Origin: Armatimonadota bacterium
Lineage (GTDB): Bacteria > Armatimonadota > UBA5829 > DSUL01
Direction of reading: 5' to 3'
Assembly (NCBI GenBank): GCA_039811685.1
Contig: JBDHZC010000005.1
Coordinates: forward strand, 143,150-207,149
Length of the DNA stretch: 64,000 nt
A model generated the notes under the pieces. That model was not told the DNA's origin and ran no database searches. It saw only the letters and a list, made by a program, of their open reading frames with translations. A program made the position numbers and the translations under genes. Shown piece by piece: positions 31,531-41,646 of the stretch. Position 1 is the stretch's first letter, and every line of letters begins with the position of its first letter.

Positions 31531-32043
31531 ATGAGGCGCTGCGTTTGGATGGCCATGGCCATAGCGATCCTCGGTGGCTGCGCGCGTGACACAACACAGC
31601 GCTTTGAAACGATGGGCAAGAGCGCCACTGTTGAGCAGAAGGGCGACTCGACGCGGGTTACTGTTGAAGGACTGGGCGCCAACAGCCGCGTCATTGACAT
31701 CAAGCCCCAGGAAGTGATGAGCGAGCTGGCAATCCCACGCTATCCCGGCTCCACACTGGTACCAGGTTCTGAGCAGTGCGCTGTTGACAGGGATTCCGGT
31801 GACCGTGGGTGCCGGGCCGACCTGCGAGTCAACGCACGCTTTGACGATGTCGTGACTTTCTACAAACAGCGTCTAAAAGCCAGCCCCACAACGATCAGTG
31901 TCGGTGGGATGCGCACGGCGCTCATGGTCAAGAGTGAGGGTCTCTCCACGCGCAGTGTCACTGTCAGTCAGCGTGGCGGGACTGGGGATGTCCGCCTCCT
32001 CTTGCTGAGAATTGAGCGGGCTGCGCCGTCAGCGCGAAAGTAA
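31531..32043 (+). CDS. hypothetical lipoprotein
   Basis: MRRCVWMAMAIAILGGC lipobox; PRYPGS and VVTFYK motifs. Confidence 0.7.
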   Translation: MRRCVWMAMAIAILGGCARDTTQRFETMGKSATVEQKGDSTRVTVEGLGANSRVIDIKPQEVMSELAIPRYPGSTLVPGSEQCAVDRDSGDRGCRADLRVNARFDDVVTFYKQRLKASPTTISVGGMRTALMVKSEGLSTRSVTVSQRGGTGDVRLLLLRIERAAPSARK

Positions 32044-32104
32044 CGTCAGATGCGAAGATCAGGAGGGCGAGCTAGTCTCCGCTGGCGACGGCGTCCCGGA
32101 GGGC

Positions 32105-32512
32105 TCAGGCGGCCCTGCGGGTCTCCATAAGTCTGTGCGCCATTGAAATCAGCGCCTGTTTGTCTTCGATGGGTTTGGAGAAGTAGTCGTCTGCGCCGGA
32201 GAGCTCGAGAAAGTGCTCCCTGTCTCCACGCATCGCGTGTGCGGTCGTCAGGATAATCGGGATGGAAGACGTCTTTGTGTCACCTTTGAGGAGTCTGCAC
32301 ATATCCACGCCGTCTACCAGACGGCCCTGATATTGCGTGTTGGACAGCGAAACATCCATCAGAATGAGGTCAACCGTTCCGCTGGAGGCTATCTCCATCA
32401 CTTCGCTGGCGTCCTCAGTCACAGTGACGTCGAATGCACCGACTCTATTCAAGACAAGCTCGAAGAGCTTCGCGTTTGCTCTGTCGTCTTCAACCACCAG
32501 AATATGAGGCAT
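32105..32512 (-). CDS. single-domain response regulator (CheY/DivK-like)
   Basis: ILVVEDD, DLILMD, TAHAMRGD, SKP. Confidence 0.93.
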   Translation of the reverse strand: MPHILVVEDDRANAKLFELVLNRVGAFDVTVTEDASEVMEIASSGTVDLILMDVSLSNTQYQGRLVDGVDMCRLLKGDTKTSSIPIILTTAHAMRGDREHFLELSGADDYFSKPIEDKQALISMAHRLMETRRAA

Positions 32513-32692
32513 GTAATCCTTTACTCCCCTTCGGATCGAATTCGTTGCACCCGTGCTGCAGGGCGCTGATTTTCGTAATAGTTATGCTCGATTGAGCGCG
32601 GTGTCTTACTATATTTTTTTGTCTGCGCAACCGATGTCGCACCGGGCGCGCAAGCGTACCTCACGCAAGCATTTTTAGGCTACGGCGCCCGC

Positions 32693-34750
32693 TCAGGCAG
32701 CCTTTGGCTGGTTCGCGCCCGTGATGTCCTGAATGACGCGCAGGAAGTACCCGGAGTCCATGGGTTTTGACAGGATAGGCGGTTCAGGAGACAGGGCGTG
32801 GTCTCGCAGGAATCGCCGGACGGCTGTTTCGTACCCGGTGAGCACGACGACGGGCAGGCTCTGGTACGAAGTATAGATCTCTTTGAGCACAGACTCGCTG
32901 GTAGGCGACTGTGGATCGTTGCCCAGCCGCCAGTCGAGGCAGATGGCTGAGGGCCTCACGTCTTTGAGGAAATCGAGCGCCTCCGAGCTTTTCGCCACCA
33001 GGCCCGTGCGGTAGCCCGCCTTGTTCAGCAGCCTGCAGACGTACGTTCCAAAGGTCACGTCGTCCTCCAGTACAAGCACCAGCGGCGACTGGTTGTCCGG
33101 CTCCGGTGTGTTGTCCTGTAGAACCTGGGGCGCCAGCGGAAGTCTGAGAGTTACAGTAGTTCCCAGATTCTTGCCAGCGCTTTCCACAGACGTTGTTCCG
33201 CCCATCATATTCGTAATGCTGCGTGTAAGCGCCAGCCCCAGTCCGGTCCCGTCGTACCGGCGGGTGGTGGACCCATCCATCTGCTGGAACTTGTCGAAAA
33301 GTCTGTGCTGGAGGTCTGGATCGATTCCGATGCCAGTGTCGCGGATACAGATTCTGCACATCGGGCCGTCCTCATCAACGGACACCTCCACCGATCCGCG
33401 CGGTGTAAACCGGACTGCGTTGTCCAGGACGTTGTCCAGTATCTGGTCCAGACGGCCACGGTCGCAGAGGATATCCGGACGGCTGGTCTGTGTGACGCGC
33501 ATCTCCAGTCCCTTCTGCTCCGCCCGCTTCACAAATCGATCTACGGCTGTGCGTACGGCTTCAACTGCGCTGATCTTCTCCAGCGTCAACAGGGCGCTTC
33601 CGGCCTCGATTTCCGAAAGGTTGAGTACGTCGTTGATCAAGGCCAGCAGATGTTCCGCGCTTGTGTAGGCGCTCTCTACGAACTCCTGTTGCTCTTCAGG
33701 AGTCTTGGCCAGCCCGTCCTTGATCAGGCCAAGAAAGCCGATTATGCCGTTGAGCGGGGTGCGCAGCTCATGCGACACAGTGCACATAAACTCTGACTTC
33801 AAACGATCCGCCGCCGTCAACTGCTTGTTGATCTCGTGCTGGCGGGCATTGGCGGCTTCCAGGTTGGCCGCTGTCTGGCTGACCTCCACAAAGCTCTGAC
33901 CCTTGGCCAGTGACAGCGCAACGAGCTGTGAACAACATTCGAGAATGCCCAGGAACACTTCTGAGAGCACTGCGGAAGAGAACACCGCAAGCGCGCCGAC
34001 GCTTTCGCCGCGGATCATCAGGGGAAAAGACGCAAACGACTGAACTGATCGCTGCTGCAACCAGCTACTGTTGAACAGCCAGCCCAGCGACTGAGGATCG
34101 CAAGCGCTCAAGCGATGACCTGAGTCCACAACGCCCAGCACTGGCGCGCCTCGCGAGTGTTCCAGAGAAGGTTTGTCGTCCTGCAGGCCGCGGCCTGCCA
34201 CCAGTTTCAGTGGGATGCCGCGCGGTGTGCTCTGCTCGGCCAGCGCTGTAACGGGCCCGAGCGCATCGCTGCAGCCTTCAGAAAGCCAGAGCTCGCAAGA
34301 GATGACAGCATAGGATTCCTGGCAATGTTTGAAGATGTCGTTTACTAACGACAGGGGAGTCTCGGAAAGGGCTGTGGAGCGAACGATCTCTGTCAAGCGC
34401 TGCAACTCGAAAGCCATCTGCCGCGCTTCCGCCCGCTCAATGTCCATCTGCCGCTCGTTGGCGGCCAGTCGCTGATCGACGGCTTCGATGTACTCGACCA
34501 TCGACACGGGAAGATCCATAGACTGAAAGCCGTTTCCGTTTGTCTGAGGTCCGCGGAACAGCGCTTCCAACGGTGTCAAACCGCGGATTTTCACAACACC
34601 GCCAATGCCAACTCCCAGAAGCACGCCTGCAAGTGATAGGATATAATGGCGCCCGGTGAAGGCGGCCAGCAAAACGAGCGCGCACAACACCAGCGCCCAC
34701 AGGGCGGTGACGGTTTGGGGCTTTACAAACTGGGGCAGTCTCTGCTTCAT
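32693..34750 (-). CDS. membrane-anchored hybrid sensor histidine kinase (GAF, HisKA, HATPase, receiver)
   Basis: two N-terminal TMs, SHELRTPL, NAVRFT, DTGIGI, GTGLGL, LVLEDD...CLD...SKP. Confidence 0.92.
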   Translation of the reverse strand: MKQRLPQFVKPQTVTALWALVLCALVLLAAFTGRHYILSLAGVLLGVGIGGVVKIRGLTPLEALFRGPQTNGNGFQSMDLPVSMVEYIEAVDQRLAANERQMDIERAEARQMAFELQRLTEIVRSTALSETPLSLVNDIFKHCQESYAVISCELWLSEGCSDALGPVTALAEQSTPRGIPLKLVAGRGLQDDKPSLEHSRGAPVLGVVDSGHRLSACDPQSLGWLFNSSWLQQRSVQSFASFPLMIRGESVGALAVFSSAVLSEVFLGILECCSQLVALSLAKGQSFVEVSQTAANLEAANARQHEINKQLTAADRLKSEFMCTVSHELRTPLNGIIGFLGLIKDGLAKTPEEQQEFVESAYTSAEHLLALINDVLNLSEIEAGSALLTLEKISAVEAVRTAVDRFVKRAEQKGLEMRVTQTSRPDILCDRGRLDQILDNVLDNAVRFTPRGSVEVSVDEDGPMCRICIRDTGIGIDPDLQHRLFDKFQQMDGSTTRRYDGTGLGLALTRSITNMMGGTTSVESAGKNLGTTVTLRLPLAPQVLQDNTPEPDNQSPLVLVLEDDVTFGTYVCRLLNKAGYRTGLVAKSSEALDFLKDVRPSAICLDWRLGNDPQSPTSESVLKEIYTSYQSLPVVVLTGYETAVRRFLRDHALSPEPPILSKPMDSGYFLRVIQDITGANQPKAA

Positions 34751-34970
34751 CGTTAGTCTCTTGCGGACGTCTCCTGACGCTGGTGAGACCACTGCGTTCT
34801 GCAGACCTCTGTCGCGTGGGACAACGGCGAAGGCCGATCAGAGAAGGACTCTGGCTGGTCTCAGGCGCGGCGCTCTATCTGTCAGTACTATTCCACGTTC
34901 GGCCGCCGGATTTCACTAGTTGGAGGGTATGCTGGCGCCGGCGGATACATCTGAAAGGAGTTGCAGGCCC

Positions 34971-35447
34971 GTGGGAAAAATCGAGGAAGGGCAGAAGGCT
35001 CCGGACTTCTCCCTGGTCTGTGAGACTGGGGACTCTATCAGTCTGAGCGACTATCGAGGGAAGAAAAACATTGTCCTCTACTTTTATCCAAAGGACGATA
35101 CTCCAGGGTGTACAAAAGAAGCCTGCGCGTTTCGGGATGACTGGTCTGAGTACGGTAAACTGGACACGCAGATTCTGGGAGTGAGCCGGGACGACGAGAA
35201 GTCTCACTTGAAGTTCAGTCAGAAGTTCACTCTGCCGTTTCCACTTCTCGCCGACACTTCCGGGCAGGTCGTGGCAGACTACGGAGTCTGGCAGGAGAAG
35301 AACATGTACGGGAAGAAGTCGATGGGAATTGTGCGCTCGACTTTTGTCATCGACAAAGAGGGAACAGTACGCAAAATCTATCCGCGCGTGAGCGTTGACG
35401 GCCACTCTCAGGCCATCCAGGAGTTCATCCGCGAGAACCTGACTTAG
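34971..35447 (+). CDS. bcp: thioredoxin-dependent thiol peroxidase
   Basis: YFYPKDDTPGCTKEAC, RSTFVID; AAAGGAG RBS before GTG. Confidence 0.95.
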   Translation: MGKIEEGQKAPDFSLVCETGDSISLSDYRGKKNIVLYFYPKDDTPGCTKEACAFRDDWSEYGKLDTQILGVSRDDEKSHLKFSQKFTLPFPLLADTSGQVVADYGVWQEKNMYGKKSMGIVRSTFVIDKEGTVRKIYPRVSVDGHSQAIQEFIRENLT

Positions 35448-35504
35448 CTCGGCGCTTTGAAGAGCAGGCTACAGTCTTGAAAGTTGAGACAGCAAGCAGA
35501 ATAC

Positions 35505-37457
35505 ATGCCTGATAATGGGACCCTTGGGATAAACCGCGCCAGACTGACCAGCGAGACTACGCGCCTTGAAAAGGCTCTGGCGGTCATAGGCGTACTGATA
35601 ATCGCAGCCCTGGTTTATGGAGTCGTAACCGGCGCCTACGAGACATTTGTTTTTCTTATCTCGCTCGTTCTGCTGGTGGGAATCTCATGGCTGTGGAGTG
35701 TTGCGGTTGACCGCATGTTTCACCGTTTGCGCGACTGGAACCGCAGCCAGAAGCCCAAACCTGTAGCGGATGACAGCGCGCGCAAAGAGGCGGCGGTGCG
35801 CATCGTCCAGTTGCGTCCGGTTACCGACGGACCGGCCAGTTTGAGTCTGGCTTCACTCATCCGTTCCGGCCATCTGCCCCTTGTGAGCGTCTCCACTGAG
35901 AGCGCTGACCCCGCAGAGCGTATTGAAGCTCTGAAGCTTGAGGCGGCTGAGGCGCTAAAGGCGCTGGCGAAGGAAATGGAAAATGCCGGCAGAGGAGAGG
36001 CCAAAGCGGTCTATGCAGCCGCGCGCCAATATGATCCTTTCGATCCGGAGCTGGAAGAGAAGGCGCCCTCGCAAGTCCAGGAAATCGGACCTGATGAGTT
36101 GTCCAGAGTGCTGGCTCTTCTGAGACGCTCCGACGTTGACGAGGCTCTTCCCGCGCTGGAAGAGCTCTCCAACAGCAGCTCTTCGGGGGCTTTGCTTTAC
36201 TCTCTCGCGCTGTGCAACGGGGCGGCCGGGCGCCATGGCAGGGCGGCAGAAATGCTCCTGAAAGCGGCAGAGCAGGGCGCTGAGTCCGCAGAGCTTCGTG
36301 AGGCTCTCGGTATCTTGTATCTCCAGGGCGCTGATACTGATCGCGCCATAAAACAGCTTCGGGCGTCCGTTGCCATGGATGACGCACTCGCTGGATCTCA
36401 TGCTGCCCTGGGAGCCGCTTTTCTGGAAACGGGCAATACGCAGGAGGCCCGACAGGAACTGGAAGAGGCGCTGTCTCTGGATCCAGACTTTTCACCGGCG
36501 CGCATGGCGCTTGGCCGGCTGCTCTACGAAAAACGCGACTTTGCGGGAGCATCCCGTGAGTTCGCCCGCGTTGTGACTTCAGATCCGGACAACGTCAACC
36601 TGCTCTTCAACACCGCCGCAGCTGAAGTGGCTGCTGGACGGTATTCTGAGGCGATAGCGCGGCTCAGTCCGATAGCGGATGAGGTTCAGGATTCGCAGAT
36701 TGTGCAGTTGCTGGCGGAAGCGCACGAGAAAAGTGGAAATAAGGTGCTGTCGCAGCGTTATTACGCCCGCAGTGCCGAGCTTACACCCGCATCTGCTGCG
36801 CAGTCGCCGCGTCTCAAGCTGGCGGCGTCATTTCGTGAGGAAGGGCGTCTGGATGAGGCGCGCCTCGAAGCAGAAGCGGCTGTTCAGGACAACCCCCGGT
36901 CTGCAGAAGCTCTTACAGAGTTGGGACTCGTTCAGGAAGCGCAGGGAGATGCGGACGCGGCTCTCAATACCTTTCGCTCAGCCTATCAGATTGACCGCTC
37001 TTCCGCCGTTGCGGGCACGCAGCTTGGGCGCTTTATGGTGGAAGCTGGCCGGCTGAAAGACGCCGCGGGATATCTGAAGTCTGCGGCCGCTTCGAGCGGA
37101 GCCAGCGCCGACACACACTACTGGCTGGGTGAAATGCATTTGCGATCCGGCAAACCGCTGCTGGCCATTAACGCCTTGCGGGAGGCAGCGCGTCTGGCGT
37201 CGCGCCCACGCGGTGACATCAGTTCTGCGCTTGGCAAAGCTCTTCTGGATGCAGGGCGAGCGCAGGACGCTTCCGAAGAGCTCCGTCGGGCTCGCAAACT
37301 CAGCGACCAACCGGAAGTGCTCCGGGATCTGGGGTATGCCTATCACCGCACACGCAACTACCAGGACGCCGTCCGGTCGCTGCGGGATTATCTGCAGGAG
37401 CGGCCAGACGCCGCCGACGCCGCCGAAGTTCGAGAGCTCATCCAGAAGCTGTCGTAA
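35505..37457 (+). CDS. membrane-anchored tetratricopeptide repeat protein
   Basis: two N-terminal TM helices followed by many TPR-like repeats; start uncertain. Confidence 0.85.
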   Translation: MPDNGTLGINRARLTSETTRLEKALAVIGVLIIAALVYGVVTGAYETFVFLISLVLLVGISWLWSVAVDRMFHRLRDWNRSQKPKPVADDSARKEAAVRIVQLRPVTDGPASLSLASLIRSGHLPLVSVSTESADPAERIEALKLEAAEALKALAKEMENAGRGEAKAVYAAARQYDPFDPELEEKAPSQVQEIGPDELSRVLALLRRSDVDEALPALEELSNSSSSGALLYSLALCNGAAGRHGRAAEMLLKAAEQGAESAELREALGILYLQGADTDRAIKQLRASVAMDDALAGSHAALGAAFLETGNTQEARQELEEALSLDPDFSPARMALGRLLYEKRDFAGASREFARVVTSDPDNVNLLFNTAAAEVAAGRYSEAIARLSPIADEVQDSQIVQLLAEAHEKSGNKVLSQRYYARSAELTPASAAQSPRLKLAASFREEGRLDEARLEAEAAVQDNPRSAEALTELGLVQEAQGDADAALNTFRSAYQIDRSSAVAGTQLGRFMVEAGRLKDAAGYLKSAAASSGASADTHYWLGEMHLRSGKPLLAINALREAARLASRPRGDISSALGKALLDAGRAQDASEELRRARKLSDQPEVLRDLGYAYHRTRNYQDAVRSLRDYLQERPDAADAAEVRELIQKLS

Positions 37458-37462
37458 CCGCG

Positions 37463-37491
37463 TTGACAGTGCCCGATGGCGTGCCTATAAT
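37463..37491 (+). promoter_or_regulatory. consensus sigma70 promoter of gltA
   Basis: TTGACA-17 bp-TATAAT. Confidence 0.85.
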
Positions 37492-37651
37492 CCACGCTGG
37501 AATCGGTCGCGCTGCGGCGTAGCGGCGAAGCCGGCGACCGGCGCCAGATCCTCGCCTGAAACTGAAGTCTTCGGGCAACACTCGCCGCGTCAGTTTAACC
37601 GCCGTCTGTCTGGAGGGTGGCAGACAATCCTCTCAGCAAGGGAGATCACCA

Positions 37652-38917
37652 GTGAGTACAGCCAAACTCATTCTCGACGGACAGGAATTTGAGCTGCCTG
37701 TCGTTGTCGGGAGCGAGGGTGAGGTCGGTATCGACATCACTTCTCTACGCAGCAAGACCGGCGCCATCAGCCTGGATCCTGGGTACGGCAACACGGGCGC
37801 TTGCCGCAGCTCAATCACCTATATAGACGGCGAAAAAGGCATTCTCAGATATCGCGGGTACCCGATTGAGGAGCTTGTCAACAGCTCTTTGAGCTTCGTG
37901 GATGTGTCTTATCTCCTCATCTACGGCGAAATGCCTGACGCTCAGCAAAAGGCCGAATTCTCATACCTCATGACCAGAAACAGCACCATCCATGAGGGAA
38001 TGAAGAATTTCTTTGACCACTACCCTCCTGGCACCCACCCGATGGCCATTCTGTCCGCCATGATGGCGTCTATGTCGGGTTACTACCCGACGGAGGATGA
38101 TGAGGGCAACATTGTCCGCATCCTTGCCAAAGCCAAGACGATTGCGGCCTACGCCTACAAGAAGTCCATCGGTGAGCCGTTTATGTACCCTGTTCCCAAG
38201 AACAGCTACGCAGCCAACATCCTCTACATGATGTTTGCTCACCCCCGCGAGGAGTACGAAGTCCCTGAAGTACTGGAGAAGGCGCTCCGGATGCTGCTTA
38301 TTCTCCACGGCGACCATGAACAGAACTGCTCCACGTCCACTGTGCGGATGGTCGGCTCCAGCGGCACTAATCTTTTCGCCTCAATATCGGCCGCCATTAT
38401 GGCTTTGTGGGGTCCGCTGCACGGTGGCGCCAACCAGCAGGTCATCGAAATGCTCGAGCACATTCGGGACAATGGTGGCGACTACAGGGAGTATGTGGAC
38501 AAGGCAAAAGATAAAGACGACCCGTTCCGTCTGATGGGCTTCGGGCACAGGGTGTACAAGAACTTTGACCCGCGAGCGCAAATTCTGAAGAAGCAGTGCG
38601 ACGACGTGCTGGACTATCTCGGCATCCAGGACCCCCTGCTGGATATCGCCAAGCATCTCGAGGATGTTGCGCTCCACGACAGCTATTTCATCGAGAAAAA
38701 GCTCTATCCGAATGTGGACTTCTACAGCGGGATTATCTACAAAGCCCTTGGGATACCGACGGACATGTTCACTGTGATGTTTGCCCTGGGCCGGATGCCC
38801 GGCTGGCTGGCGCATTTCCGCGAGATGAAGCACGACCACGACACGCGCATCAACCGTCCGCGACAGATTTACATCGGCGCCGGCGAGCGGCACGTGAGTG
38901 AGGATCTGGCGGGATAA
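37652..38917 (+). CDS. gltA: citrate synthase
   Basis: DPGYGNT, GILRYRGYPIE, DHEQNCST, GPLHGGAN, LMGFGHRVYK, YPNVDFYSG, RPRQ. Confidence 0.98.
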   Translation: MSTAKLILDGQEFELPVVVGSEGEVGIDITSLRSKTGAISLDPGYGNTGACRSSITYIDGEKGILRYRGYPIEELVNSSLSFVDVSYLLIYGEMPDAQQKAEFSYLMTRNSTIHEGMKNFFDHYPPGTHPMAILSAMMASMSGYYPTEDDEGNIVRILAKAKTIAAYAYKKSIGEPFMYPVPKNSYAANILYMMFAHPREEYEVPEVLEKALRMLLILHGDHEQNCSTSTVRMVGSSGTNLFASISAAIMALWGPLHGGANQQVIEMLEHIRDNGGDYREYVDKAKDKDDPFRLMGFGHRVYKNFDPRAQILKKQCDDVLDYLGIQDPLLDIAKHLEDVALHDSYFIEKKLYPNVDFYSGIIYKALGIPTDMFTVMFALGRMPGWLAHFREMKHDHDTRINRPRQIYIGAGERHVSEDLAG

Positions 38918-38947
38918 GCAGCGCCTTGACGGGTGTCGCGGATGCGG

Positions 38948-39553
38948 CTACTTCCGGGACACCCACTCCACTGAGCGCCGAGGATAGAACCGCCACGGCT
39001 TGTCAGCGGATGAGGTGATGCCCACGCGCGTCGTTTCGACCAGCGGGCCGGGGTCCCACCCGTCATCCAGTAGCTGAAGTGGGCCCACGTCCAGCGGGTG
39101 GGAGTTCAAAGCGCCCGTGATCCCCATCGCCTGACACAGCTTGCCGGGACCACTTAGCAATTCGTGCTTCCCCTGCCGCCTGCGTCTCTCAGCCATTGTT
39201 TCCAGTCCTTGAAGAGGCTCAATCGCCCGGATCAGGACCGCCTCCCCAACGCCCTCCGGTGCGCTGACGAAGTTCAGACACCAGTGATTGCCGTAGATGT
39301 AGTAGACGTAGACTCTGCCCGGTGGCCCGAACATAGGCGCATTGCGGGGGGTCTGGCCTCGGTAGGAATGTGAAGCCGCATCGTCCTGCACATAGGCCTC
39401 GACCTCGACGATGCGGCCGGCCGTTCTCCAGTTACCGATGTCCGACACAAGCAGCTTACCCGGCAAGGCTCGCGCAACCGCCAGTGTATCCTGTTGCCAG
39501 AAACGCTCCGGCAACGTCTCAGGGCGCGAGCAAATCTGTGCCTGCGGGTTCAC
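38948..39553 (-). CDS. mpg: DNA-3-methyladenine glycosylase (MPG/AAG family)
   Basis: GRIVEVEAY, YVYYIYGNHWCLN, AVLIRAIEP, GPGKLCQA, RVGI; GTG overlaps polX stop. Confidence 0.93.
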   Translation of the reverse strand: MNPQAQICSRPETLPERFWQQDTLAVARALPGKLLVSDIGNWRTAGRIVEVEAYVQDDAASHSYRGQTPRNAPMFGPPGRVYVYYIYGNHWCLNFVSAPEGVGEAVLIRAIEPLQGLETMAERRRRQGKHELLSGPGKLCQAMGITGALNSHPLDVGPLQLLDDGWDPGPLVETTRVGITSSADKPWRFYPRRSVEWVSRK

Positions 39554-41268
39554 TTTGGCCGGGCGCTCTTCCACGCACGAATCGCTTCCCAGCTCATGGT
39601 GTTCACAACGTCATCCTTCGTCAGCCACGCGCGCCGCGCCACGCCAATGCCGTGTTCAATTGCGCCGAAGCCGTTTGGGCGATGGCTGTCTGTCGAAATG
39701 ACAATCTTCACGCCGGCGTCTCTTGCGCGCCGGGCATTCGGACCCGACAAATCAAGCCGGTCAACGGAGGAGTTGATCTCCATTGCTTTGGAGTGCTCTA
39801 CAGCCGCCGATATCACCGTGTCCAGATTGAGCGCATAGGGCTCGCGCATGGCTATCAGGCGTCCGGTCGGATGCGACAGTACGTCAACATAAGGCGATTC
39901 AATGGCTCGGATGGCGCGGGTAGTTGTCTGCTCCTCCGAGAGCTCAAAGCCTGTATGGATGCTTGCGTTCACCCATTCCAGCTTCGCCAGCGCGTTGTCA
40001 GGCAGGTCCAGCGCTCCGTCCTGCCTGATGTCCACCTCCGTGCCCTTCAGCAGCCGGAAGCCACGGCTTGAGCGGTTGACCTCATCAATAATCCTGCCCT
40101 GCTCCTCCAGGCGCTCTGGCGTAAGTCCCCTGGCTACGGTCAGCGCCTGGGAGTGGTCTGTTATAGCCAGGTACTCATAGCCTCTGGCGCGCGCCGCCTC
40201 TGCCATTTCCAGAGCCGTTCCGTGTCCGTCTGAGGCATCTGTGTGGCAGTGCAGATCGCCCAGCAGGTCCTCAACTGTAATCAACTCCGGAAGTCTGCCC
40301 TGAATCGCCGCGTCAATCTCTTCATCTCCGTTCCGGATTTCGGCTGGAATGTGAGGCAGATCGAGAAGACTGTAGAACGTTTCTTCGTCCGGGGCTTCCA
40401 GAGGCGTCCCATCTGAGCGGAGAAGCCGAGTGCCCGCGTATTTCAGGCCGCGCTGCGCCGCCATCTCTTCCAGACGTTGCAGGTGCCGCTCAGAGCCAGT
40501 CGCCCTCACAACGGCGCCTCCGGCGAACGCTGGCTCTTCCGCGTAGCAGGCGATTGGCCCGAGGTCGCTCTTGGCCTGCGCCATGAACGGCAAAACGACT
40601 TTGGCGTCTCCCTTTGGGAAGCCGCCTACAAAAGCGTCCAGAGCGCCGGAAGGGTTGTGCGCTGACGCCACCGCGACAATCTCGCTGCAAAACTCTTCAT
40701 AGCGCCGCCTGTCTCCTGCCTCATAGACTGCCAGGACACCAGAGATATGCGCAAGCTGACCAGCGAGAGATTCCGTAGCCGCCAATGCGCGAGCAAAAGG
40801 CAGGCCGTTCGGACGCGCTTCCACCTGCGCGATTCCTTCAAGAATGCGTTCCTGCGCTCGGGGTCCCATTCTGGGGAGAGCTTGCACGCGCCCGTTCTCC
40901 GCAGCTTCTTTCAACTCCGCCAGATTGGTTACGTGCAGGCCTTCAAACAGCAGACGCACGGTTCTCGGTCCGACGCCAGGCAACTCGAGAAGCTCAATGA
41001 GAGTGGGAGGAAGCTTGGCCCGCAGTCTTTCATACAGTTCGCATGTGCCGGTTGCGAGAATCTCCCGCGTCTTAGATTCAATGGCTTCGCCAACGCCTGG
41101 GACATTTCGCAGCTCATCGCGCTCGACCAGCTCTTCAAGATTGTCCGTCAATGACCGCATCGTGTCCGCCGCATAGCGATAAGCGTGGATTTTGAAGGGA
41201 CTGTCGCCGTCAATCTCCATCAGATCGGCGATATTCTCGAAAACAGAGGCTACCTGGTAGTTTTTCAT
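39550..41268 (-). CDS. polX: PolX-PHP DNA polymerase/3'-5' exonuclease (non-canonical polymerase site)
   Basis: HhH motifs PGVG, PHP motifs DLHCHTDASDG, TDHS, HPTGR, STDSH. Confidence 0.92.
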   Translation of the reverse strand: MKNYQVASVFENIADLMEIDGDSPFKIHAYRYAADTMRSLTDNLEELVERDELRNVPGVGEAIESKTREILATGTCELYERLRAKLPPTLIELLELPGVGPRTVRLLFEGLHVTNLAELKEAAENGRVQALPRMGPRAQERILEGIAQVEARPNGLPFARALAATESLAGQLAHISGVLAVYEAGDRRRYEEFCSEIVAVASAHNPSGALDAFVGGFPKGDAKVVLPFMAQAKSDLGPIACYAEEPAFAGGAVVRATGSERHLQRLEEMAAQRGLKYAGTRLLRSDGTPLEAPDEETFYSLLDLPHIPAEIRNGDEEIDAAIQGRLPELITVEDLLGDLHCHTDASDGHGTALEMAEAARARGYEYLAITDHSQALTVARGLTPERLEEQGRIIDEVNRSSRGFRLLKGTEVDIRQDGALDLPDNALAKLEWVNASIHTGFELSEEQTTTRAIRAIESPYVDVLSHPTGRLIAMREPYALNLDTVISAAVEHSKAMEINSSVDRLDLSGPNARRARDAGVKIVISTDSHRPNGFGAIEHGIGVARRAWLTKDDVVNTMSWEAIRAWKSARPK

Positions 41269-41349
41269 CGTGTATTATCCATACAGCGGCCGTTGTGGCT
41301 CGCTACTTGGATGATACCCCAGGGACGCATTCAGAGGGCTCAGATACAG

Positions 41350-41383
41350 CAGAAGCTCCGGACCTTGCTATCCGGAGCTTCTG
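41350..41383. repeat. perfect 13-bp inverted repeat hairpin
   Basis: CAGAAGCTCCGGA-8 nt-TCCGGAGCTTCTG. Confidence 0.8.
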
Positions 41384-41646
41384 AGAGAAAGGAGAGTGGG
41401 AAGCTTTCTGTCTTCTAATACGGTTGCCACGCCGTAACAGTTCCCTTTCCCTTTTGTTTTTCTGACAAACGATTTGAGTGCGTCTGCAAGGCCGTCTCAG
41501 ACTAACACCGCACACCCGCGGGAACCGTTTTCAGTGGCTCGTCTGGCACAGGCCGGGTGGGCTGCCCCCGTTTGGTGCAGGATTCACGCCAACCAGAATC
41601 GAACACCCAGGTGTACCATCACACTTGAGGTCGGGCACACATCGCA

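Noticed and set aside
41470-41600. fragments resembling cobalamin or c-di-AMP riboswitches
   Set aside because: Only isolated short motifs; core consensus elements absent
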